Assembly (NCBI GenBank): GCA_964522265.1
Contig: CAZFVS010000078.1
Location: forward strand, 1 to 5,082
From: an uncultured Gammaproteobacteria bacterium
Lineage (GTDB): Bacteria > Patescibacteriota > Microgenomatia > Daviesbacterales > UBA10151
Reading direction: 5' to 3'
DNA: 5,082 nucleotides
Shown piece by piece: positions 1 to 4,824 of the stretch (positions within the stretch are counted from its first letter, which is position 1; the number at the start of each line of letters is the position of its first letter). A program made the position numbers and the translations under genes. Under the pieces are notes generated by a model that saw only the letters and a program-made list of their open reading frames with translations, did no database searches and was not told the origin of the DNA.

Positions 1-36
1 GCTTCGCGTCTTAATCAGTTGAAGTTTCCTCCGATT

Positions 37-112
37 GGTGGCTGTAGTTCAAAAGCAGAACGCCTGTTTGTGGAACAGGAGGCAGCGGGAGCGTTACCCG
101 TCAGCCACCCCA
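37..112 (+). tRNA. tRNA-His (anticodon GTG) with encoded G-1 and 3' CCA
   Basis: Manual cloverleaf. The 8-bp acceptor stem 37-44/102-109 (GGTGGCTG/CAGCCACC) includes the extra G-1:C73 pair characteristic of bacterial tRNA-His. U8 is at 45. D stem is 47-50/58-61 (GTTC/GAAC). Anticodon stem is 63-67/75-79 (CCTGT/ACAGG), with loop TTGTGGA and anticodon GTG at 70-72. Variable loop is 5 nt and T stem is 85-89/97-101. CCA is encoded at 110-112. Caveat: the D loop AAAAGCA lacks GG and the T loop AGCGTTA lacks TTC. Confidence 0.7.
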
Positions 113-133
113 AGAGAAGGTGTCAGATTCGTT

Positions 134-1114
134 CTAGGGTAAACCGGATTTTCCTGTATCAAGTTTGGTCATTCCATCCTCGTCAACCCTATAAACGGTA
201 ATTTTTAATCCATACATTGACTGTATTAAACTTGCTTGTTCCCTTGTAAACCCGCTGTTTTCCAAGAAAGTCCTCCCCACATATTGTCGGGTTTGTTCAT
301 GCTCCCTTAAGTATTTAATCAACTTTTCTAAATCTTTTTGGGTTAATCCATACTCATCGGCTTTATTTTTCAAATCAGCCTCAAACTTGCGGTACTTCTC
401 CATATAACCCGTTGTTTTATCATTTTCGCAGTTTTCGTAAAAATCCTTAATTGCCTGAAAAACCGTTAGCCCATTCTTAGTGGAAAGAGACCTGTTTTCT
501 AACCCGTATGACGGATACAAACCTAAGCGCCTTTTTACTAGAATAATTTGTTCCCGGGTAACACCAGCCTCCAATAGTTTTTTATCGTCAATTTCCGGAC
601 CAGTTGATTCGGTTATACTTATACTGCCTCCGGATGCAACAACAGATACCAACGTCCTCCTGTAATTATCCCACTTTTCTATTATCGACAGGTTTAGGGT
701 ATTACTTAAGTCATCCCCTTCGGCGCCTCCAACGCTGGGAAGACAATCTTGTGCAGAACCTACCCGGGGAGGATGTGTATGGAACAACAAATCATCGCTG
801 GAGCCGTCCGGATTTATCCTGGGGGCTGGAAAAACAACATACTCTCTGCCAAACGGATTCGCCTGGAATGACGTTCCTCCTCTTGTTACAATAACCGACC
901 TTGTTTTTTGGTTGTAGATACCGCCTATTTCGTAGGTCCGCGGTTTTCGCCCAAGTTCTGAAATAAAAAAATAAGGGTTAATTTTCTCAGGCAAAAAAAT
1001 CTCAACCCGTTGGTTGGGAGAGAGGGTTTCTATAGTTTGGATTGTATTATCCAACCATAGATTTGGCTTAAACTCGCCCGCTTCTCCTGTTAAGGATTTT
1101 GTTTCTTCATCCAT
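134..1114 (-). CDS. Hypothetical two-domain protein: JAB/MPN(JAMM)-like N-terminal half and helical C-terminal half with four G-hydrophobic-T repeats
   Basis: 326-aa ORF with ATG start and TAG stop. It begins 9 nt downstream of the Nudix stop on the same strand. YEIGGIY (E62) followed by FHTHPPRVGSAQDCLPSVGGAEGDD (aa 111-135) resembles the JAMM pattern E...HxHx7SxxD, but with altered spacing. The C-terminal half carries the repeats GVTREQ / GLTVFQ / GLTQKD / GFTREQ. Coding status is solid; the fold assignment is tentative. Confidence 0.55.
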   Translation of the reverse strand: MDEETKSLTGEAGEFKPNLWLDNTIQTIETLSPNQRVEIFLPEKINPYFFISELGRKPRTYEIGGIYNQKTRSVIVTRGGTSFQANPFGREYVVFPAPRINPDGSSDDLLFHTHPPRVGSAQDCLPSVGGAEGDDLSNTLNLSIIEKWDNYRRTLVSVVASGGSISITESTGPEIDDKKLLEAGVTREQIILVKRRLGLYPSYGLENRSLSTKNGLTVFQAIKDFYENCENDKTTGYMEKYRKFEADLKNKADEYGLTQKDLEKLIKYLREHEQTRQYVGRTFLENSGFTREQASLIQSMYGLKITVYRVDEDGMTKLDTGKSGLP

Positions 1115-1123
1115 ATATACATT

Positions 1124-1624
1124 TTATACTTTTAAACCTTCTACCGTTTTCTCAAATTCAACAACTGCAACTGTTCCATTCTTCCCGATTTGCTTAACAT
1201 AGACTGTGAATGGCTTATCAACCCTAAATCCTTTTGTGTTCCACTGCCTGCACATAGCTTGAGTGGTGGGAATAATTTCTTTCTCTAAAATCTTATCAAT
1301 ATCAACCCATTCCAGTGTTCCATCGTCAGTATGAGGTAATTTATTATTTGCAAACAGGCCCCAAAAATAAAATAAGGTATATTTTCGATCAATTACACAC
1401 CTTGCAAATTCAACAAGCGGGATATTTTTTATCCCTGTCTCCTCTTCCAACTCTCTCAAAGCACTATCCAGAACAGTCTTATCTTCAGGATCAACTTTTC
1501 CACCAACTCCTGTATAAAGGTTTGGAGCGAAGATCTTTTCTGCAGATCTCTTTAGCATTACAATTTTGGCAGGCGGGTTTTGATCAATTAAAAAAATAAC
1601 ATTCCACGCACGTTGTTCATGCAT
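1124..1624 (-). CDS. Nudix hydrolase family protein
   Basis: 166-aa ORF with ATG start and TAA stop. The Nudix box GGKVDPEDKTVLDSALRELEEETGI (aa 41-65, nt 1430-1504) has a perfect REUXEEXGU half. The GX5EX7 half is 1-2 residues longer than consensus. Substrate cannot be inferred. Confidence 0.85.
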   Translation of the reverse strand: MHEQRAWNVIFLIDQNPPAKIVMLKRSAEKIFAPNLYTGVGGKVDPEDKTVLDSALRELEEETGIKNIPLVEFARCVIDRKYTLFYFWGLFANNKLPHTDDGTLEWVDIDKILEKEIIPTTQAMCRQWNTKGFRVDKPFTVYVKQIGKNGTVAVVEFEKTVEGLKV

Positions 1625-1630
1625 AGCGGA

Positions 1631-1636
1631 ATTATA
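1631..1636 (-). promoter_or_regulatory. Candidate -10 box (TATAAT on minus strand) for the Nudix gene, geometry implies a leaderless mRNA
   Basis: The minus strand reads TATAAT-TCCGCT-ATG. The A of the start codon (1624) is the 7th nt after the hexamer, which is the expected +1. There is no SD motif. The -35 region is only AT-rich (TTTTAA-like). Confidence 0.35.
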
Positions 1637-1663
1637 TTAAACAAAGCAAAGAATTAAAATGGT

Positions 1664-1683
1664 TAGCTTGAATGATTAAGCTA
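1664..1683. repeat. Inverted repeat TAGCTT-N8-AAGCTA in the Nudix/Nudix intergenic region
   Basis: 1664-1669 (TAGCTT) pairs with 1678-1683 (AAGCTA) across an 8-nt loop. On the minus strand it is followed by a T-rich run (ACCATTTTAATTCTTT). It lies about 40-60 nt upstream of the Nudix start. Confidence 0.3.
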
Positions 1684-1693
1684 GGAAACTAAT

Positions 1694-1708
1694 ACACCCG
1701 GAGGGTGT
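1694..1708 (-). terminator. Possible weak intrinsic terminator or stabilising hairpin after the degenerate Nudix gene
   Basis: ACACCC-GGA-GGGTGT forms a perfect 6-bp stem (4 GC pairs) with a 3-nt loop. It starts 5 nt past the TAG stop (1713-1715). The minus-strand downstream sequence ATTAGTTTCC gives only a poor U tract. Confidence 0.3.
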
Positions 1709-1712
1709 CAAT

Positions 1713-2099
1713 CTATTGGCCTTCTGAATGTAATAGTTCTTTAGCTTCATCCTGGCGTTCCTTTAAGCGTATAACCCTTTCCCCCACCACCACATCTTGT
1801 TTGGTGTAAGCAGAGAATAGAAGTTTTAAGGATTGTTGAAATGTTACCCAGGATGGAATATTTTCTTTCAGAGAATTAAACTCTAAATTTTTTTTAACTT
1901 CAGCGTAGAAGACATAATTAATCTTATCTAAAATGTTATGAAAATAATCATACACGGGATAAATCTGTTTAATTTTAAGGTCGACATTTAAAAGTTCATG
2001 CAACACCCGTTGAAATGTTACTTGAGCATCTTCACCTTCCCGGCTTTCTCCTCCCACAGTAGACCAGTTAGGGATCACATCGTCTTTTTGTTGAAGCAA
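1713..2099 (-). CDS. Nudix-fold protein with degenerate Nudix box; 5' end uncertain, possibly disrupted
   Basis: 128-aa ORF as tracked, with TTG start and TAG stop. GGESREGEDAQVTFQRVLHELLNV (aa 16-39) keeps the exact GX5EX7R..U.E...U spacing. It has V, L and N in place of the first E of RE, the second E of EE, and the G. The frame stays open upstream to 2162 and encodes a Nudix-like N-terminal strand (CINKPFYVSGFLYNLKSQQILL) with no ATG/GTG/TTG in it. Confidence 0.6.
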   Translation of the reverse strand: MLQQKDDVIPNWSTVGGESREGEDAQVTFQRVLHELLNVDLKIKQIYPVYDYFHNILDKINYVFYAEVKKNLEFNSLKENIPSWVTFQQSLKLLFSAYTKQDVVVGERVIRLKERQDEAKELLHSEGQ

Positions 2100-2187
2100 A
2101 AGAATCTGTTGAGATTTTAGGTTGTAAAGAAACCCGCTTACATAAAATGGTTTGTTGATACACTAAGCATAACACAACAAGAGCATG

Positions 2188-2196
2188 TGTTACTAT
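2188..2196 (+). promoter_or_regulatory. Candidate extended -10 (TGT-TACTAT) for obg, leaderless geometry
   Basis: TGT (2188-2190) plus TACTAT (2191-2196), then ACCTTT, then ATG at 2203, which is the 7th nt after the hexamer. No SD motif and no recognisable -35. Confidence 0.35.
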
Positions 2197-2197
2197 A
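2192..2197 (-). promoter_or_regulatory. Candidate -10 (TATAGT on minus strand) for the degenerate Nudix gene
   Basis: The minus strand reads TATAGT-AACAC-ATG, with the ATG at 2186-2184. This element overlaps the obg -10 by 5 nt on the opposite strand. Confidence 0.3.
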
Positions 2198-2202
2198 CCT
2201 TT

Positions 2203-3147
2203 ATGTTGATTGATGCGGCAGAAATTACTGTTTTAGGAGGAAATGGCGGTCCGGGACGTGTGTCTTTTTATTCTAAATCAGGAGCCGGCCCGGATGGAGG
2301 AGACGGGGGCAAAGGCGGGGATGTTTATGTGAATTCAACTTCTGACCTTTACGCCTTAAACAAATTCTCAACAAAAAATATCTGGCAAGCACAAAATGGT
2401 CAGCCCGGAGGAAGTAATAGAAAATCAGGCGGCAATGGAAAAGACTTAAGCTTGGCAGTCCCTATAGGAACACTTTTAACAGATCAGGAAGGTACAACGG
2501 TTGAAATAAACCATTTAAACCAAATAGAGTTGCTGGTAAAAGGAGGTTTGGGCGGGAGGGGAAACCATTTCTTTAAATCTTCTTCCAATACCACTCCAAA
2601 ATATGCTCAACCTGGGTTGAAGGGTCAGGAAAAGAAGCTAAAATTAAAACTTAAATTAATTGCTGATATTGGTTTAATTGGCCTGCCTAATGCTGGCAAA
2701 AGTTCGCTTCTCAATGAACTCACCAATGCCGAAGCTAAAATAGGTGCCTATCCATTCACAACTCTTGAACCCAACCTCGGTGTATTGGAGGATAAAATCA
2801 TTGCAGACATACCAGGTTTAATTGAGGGTGCATCAAAAGGTAGGGGTTTGGGGCATAAATTTTTAAGCCATATTGAAAAAGTAAATTTATTGATCCATTG
2901 TATCTCCTCCCAGTCTCTTACACCTTTGGATGATTATAAAATAATCCATCAGGAACTTAAAGAATACAATTCTGAGCTTTTAGAAAAACAGGAAATAATA
3001 CTGCTCACAAAATCTGACATGGTAGAAAAAGCTGATTTGGATATTAAAATTCGAGCCTTAAGAAAAACAAAAAGACAAACCTTCCAAGTATCAATACACA
3101 ATTGGGAAAGCTTGCAGGATTTAATCCAATTCATTCACAATTTTTAG
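2203..3147 (+). CDS. obg: Obg/CgtA-family GTPase, short form without a C-terminal extension
   Basis: The N-terminus MLIDAAEITVLGGNGGPGRVSF matches the usual Obg start, so ATG 2203 is preferred over the track start at 2185. Glycine-rich Obg-fold repeats are present (GPDGGDGGKGGDVYV, GGLGGRGN). G1 is GLPNAGKS, G2 is FTT, G3 is DIPGLIEGA and G4 is TKSD. GLGHKFLSHIEK is also present. The stop is TAG. Confidence 0.9.
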   Translation: MLIDAAEITVLGGNGGPGRVSFYSKSGAGPDGGDGGKGGDVYVNSTSDLYALNKFSTKNIWQAQNGQPGGSNRKSGGNGKDLSLAVPIGTLLTDQEGTTVEINHLNQIELLVKGGLGGRGNHFFKSSSNTTPKYAQPGLKGQEKKLKLKLKLIADIGLIGLPNAGKSSLLNELTNAEAKIGAYPFTTLEPNLGVLEDKIIADIPGLIEGASKGRGLGHKFLSHIEKVNLLIHCISSQSLTPLDDYKIIHQELKEYNSELLEKQEIILLTKSDMVEKADLDIKIRALRKTKRQTFQVSIHNWESLQDLIQFIHNF

Positions 3148-3203
3148 CATTAGCAAGCTTCTTCTCACAAAAGGTAAGTCTACCCACCCGCTAACACTAT
3201 AGG

Positions 3204-3232
3204 TTGACTTTGATGCTAAATTTTGATATAAT
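3204..3232 (+). promoter_or_regulatory. Near-consensus sigma70-type promoter with extended -10
   Basis: TTGACT (3204-3209), a 17-nt spacer, TG (3224-3225), TATAAT (3227-3232). Seven nt later is ATG 3240, so the predicted +1 is 3239/3240 and the mRNA would be leaderless. Confidence 0.55.
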
Positions 3233-3239
3233 TTTTCTT

Positions 3240-3917
3240 ATGTTTAACGAACGAACTGAAGGTATTCATACCTGGCAAGATTCTTTGCAGGAATCATTGG
3301 ATATTTTTTACATTTTAGATGAGCAAACCAAAGAAGATTTTCTCGAAATTCTCTGGAGCAGTGGAGTACTGGATCGTATTGCACCAACCGAACCTGTAAT
3401 AATAGCTTTAAGAAAGGCAAAAAACAGGCCGGTTTGGGATCAAGGCAGAGATGATCCCAGGTTATATTGGAGAATCCTTTATTCAGCTGCCGCTGCCAAG
3501 GAGGCTTCAGAAAAAGGCTGGAGTTTTATTGCAGGAAGTGATAGCTTTGTTGCGGGCATATTTTCGCCAATATATGAAGCATTTTCAAGAGGATTATTGC
3601 AAAAATTTTATCCCGGGATAACCCAATCCGCAAACCCACAAATTTTTGTACTTAGTGACATTATGGAGAGAGCAAAGCAGGAGTTGGGGAAAAGAAACCA
3701 AAATACCGCAGGACATCCTTTAAAATATGGGTTAAATGGAAACTGGAAGGGATTGGAGTTAAAAGTTGACAGGTTTACAGGATCAGGAGAAATTTACTTC
3801 CAGGCAAAAAGCTTTGAGGACCATGTCAGGCTTTATGAGTTGGCAAAAGAAAACAAGGGTTTTGTATTACCCTGGGAAGTAGACCCAGCAGACTTCGGTG
3901 ATAGTTTAGTATTATGA
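3240..3917 (+). CDS. Hypothetical protein, no recognisable family
   Basis: The ORF track gives 3204-3917 with a TTG start. The first 12 codons coincide with the -35/-10 promoter elements, so ATG 3240 (MFNERTEG..., 225 aa) is preferred. ATG 3213 is another alternative. The stop is TGA. I recognise no motif. Confidence 0.65.
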   Translation: MFNERTEGIHTWQDSLQESLDIFYILDEQTKEDFLEILWSSGVLDRIAPTEPVIIALRKAKNRPVWDQGRDDPRLYWRILYSAAAAKEASEKGWSFIAGSDSFVAGIFSPIYEAFSRGLLQKFYPGITQSANPQIFVLSDIMERAKQELGKRNQNTAGHPLKYGLNGNWKGLELKVDRFTGSGEIYFQAKSFEDHVRLYELAKENKGFVLPWEVDPADFGDSLVL

Positions 3918-4817
3918 AGCGATAAATGGTATGGGTTGAGTGTCAGGTTTTTCTACAATTTTTTCTATCCTTTCACTATATTCCCTAGGATTTGAGATGT
4001 TTATTAAATATACGCGCTCTTTTAGAGCTGGATCATAAAGTTCAATTGTGCCATAGTTAAAAATTTGACCCAAGAATGATTGCTCAACAGTTATAGCCTC
4101 TACAAAGTTACAGGCGTATTTTTGCTCTTTTTTATGTAAAATTCCGCTGTGTCTGATAACCCCATCCTTAGATACTTCGGTGTATTCGGAAGCCCATTTT
4201 ATGGAAATATATAATATAAATATTAAGTTTACAAAAAATCCAAATATAAAAAATAGAGCATATAAACCAAAAATGTCAAAATTGATATTAGGGCTTACCA
4301 GGGAATTTAAAATACTCAAAAGAAACAATGAAAATCCAAAAATAGCCTCAGTTACAATAATCCTAATAATAATTAAAGCAATGCTTTCCCTAAAAGTTAT
4401 TTTATCTAAGGATAAGCTTTGCTCATCTTTGCTGAGGTTCTCCTTCCCATTTGCAACTGTTTTAAATCTGGTATCAATTCTGGCTATTAACTCCTCCGGC
4501 ACGAAAGGCTTGCTGATATAATCATCCACCCCTATTTGCAGGCCGTGGACCACATCTTCACTTTGTTTCTTCTCAGTTAATGCAATTACAATAATCTCAG
4601 GATGGTCTTGTTTAATCCTGACACAAACAGTTTCCCCTGGAACTTTTGGGAGTCCAAAATCAAGCAGTACTAAATCAGGAAAAAATTTCTCAACAGCTTC
4701 AAGCGCTTCTGCTCCATCAGCTGCCTCTGCTACCTTATAGTGATGCGTAGTCAGAATTTTTTTTAAAAAATTTCTCAGGTCATCGTCATCTTCGACGACT
4801 AAGATAGTTTTTTGCAA
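3912..4817 (-). CDS. Response regulator: CheY-like receiver domain fused to two TM helices and a bacterial PH (bPH_2/YdbS-YdbT-like) domain
   Basis: 301 aa; TTG is the only available start, and an in-frame TAA lies 2 codons upstream. The REC signature is complete: E9-D10-D11, D53 (LVLLDFGLP), T81 (IALT) and K103 (SKPF). Hydrophobic helices span about aa 145-170 and 181-206. The tail EYTEVSKDGVIRHSGIL...VEQSFLGQIFNYGTIELY resembles membrane-flanked bPH domains. There is no DNA-binding or enzymatic output domain. Confidence 0.8.
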   Translation of the reverse strand: MQKTILVVEDDDDLRNFLKKILTTHHYKVAEAADGAEALEAVEKFFPDLVLLDFGLPKVPGETVCVRIKQDHPEIIVIALTEKKQSEDVVHGLQIGVDDYISKPFVPEELIARIDTRFKTVANGKENLSKDEQSLSLDKITFRESIALIIIRIIVTEAIFGFSLFLLSILNSLVSPNINFDIFGLYALFFIFGFFVNLIFILYISIKWASEYTEVSKDGVIRHSGILHKKEQKYACNFVEAITVEQSFLGQIFNYGTIELYDPALKERVYLINISNPREYSERIEKIVEKPDTQPIPFIAS

Positions 4818-4824
4818 TCTTTAA

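Noticed and set aside
37-112. tRNA encoded on the minus strand
   Set aside because: The reverse complement gives the anticodon loop TCCACAA, with C at position 33 and no 3' CCA. The plus-strand reading satisfies U33, purine 37, G-1:C73 and CCA.
19-201. 60-aa plus-strand ORF
   Set aside because: It runs straight through the tRNA-His gene (37-112) and into the antisense 3' end of the 326-aa gene. The composition is not protein-like. It is explained by the GC-rich tRNA lacking stops.
480-894. Plus-strand ORFs 480-665 and 604-894
   Set aside because: They are shadow ORFs fully antisense to the much longer 134-1114 CDS, with no start-site context.
1014-1599. Plus-strand ORFs 1014-1202 and 1315-1599
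   Set aside because: They are antisense shadows of the JAB-like and Nudix genes. The Nudix box on the minus strand fixes the true frame.
2163-2165. TAG reassigned as a sense codon (alternative genetic code)
   Set aside because: TAG also ends the 326-aa gene, the degenerate Nudix gene and obg at positions consistent with complete domains. For obg a second TAG follows one codon later. Standard stop usage is the simpler reading.
1-2186. Genomic island integrated at tRNA-His
   Set aside because: No integrase or recombinase is present, and I found no direct repeat of the tRNA 3' end elsewhere in the window. There is no obvious compositional break from the flanking housekeeping obg gene. Only the adjacency to the tRNA is noted.
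2185-2202. ORF-track start ATG 2185 for obg (extra MCYYTF)
   Set aside because: Obg proteins start directly with the M-x-hydrophobic-D...GG-x-GG strand, which begins at ATG 2203. The candidate -10 (2191-2196) would lie inside the extension.
2635-2660. KLKLKLKL-coding low-complexity DNA repeat in obg
   Set aside because: It corresponds to the conserved LELKLLAD linker strand that precedes the P-loop in Obg proteins. It is neither a slippage-prone repeat nor an independent element.
2949-3134. 61-aa minus-strand ORF inside obg
   Set aside because: It is antisense to a confidently identified Obg G domain. The sequence is low-complexity and Ser/Cys-rich.
3204-3239. TTG 3204 or ATG 3213 as the start of the orphan gene
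   Set aside because: These codons coincide with a near-consensus -35/extended -10 promoter, so transcription would begin downstream of them. The hydrophobic MTLMLNFDIIFL extension is probably not translated. This is not fully excluded.
4180-4521. 113-aa plus-strand ORF inside the response regulator gene
   Set aside because: It is antisense to the TM/REC coding region. The Lys/Ile/Asn-rich translation is typical of an AT-rich shadow frame.
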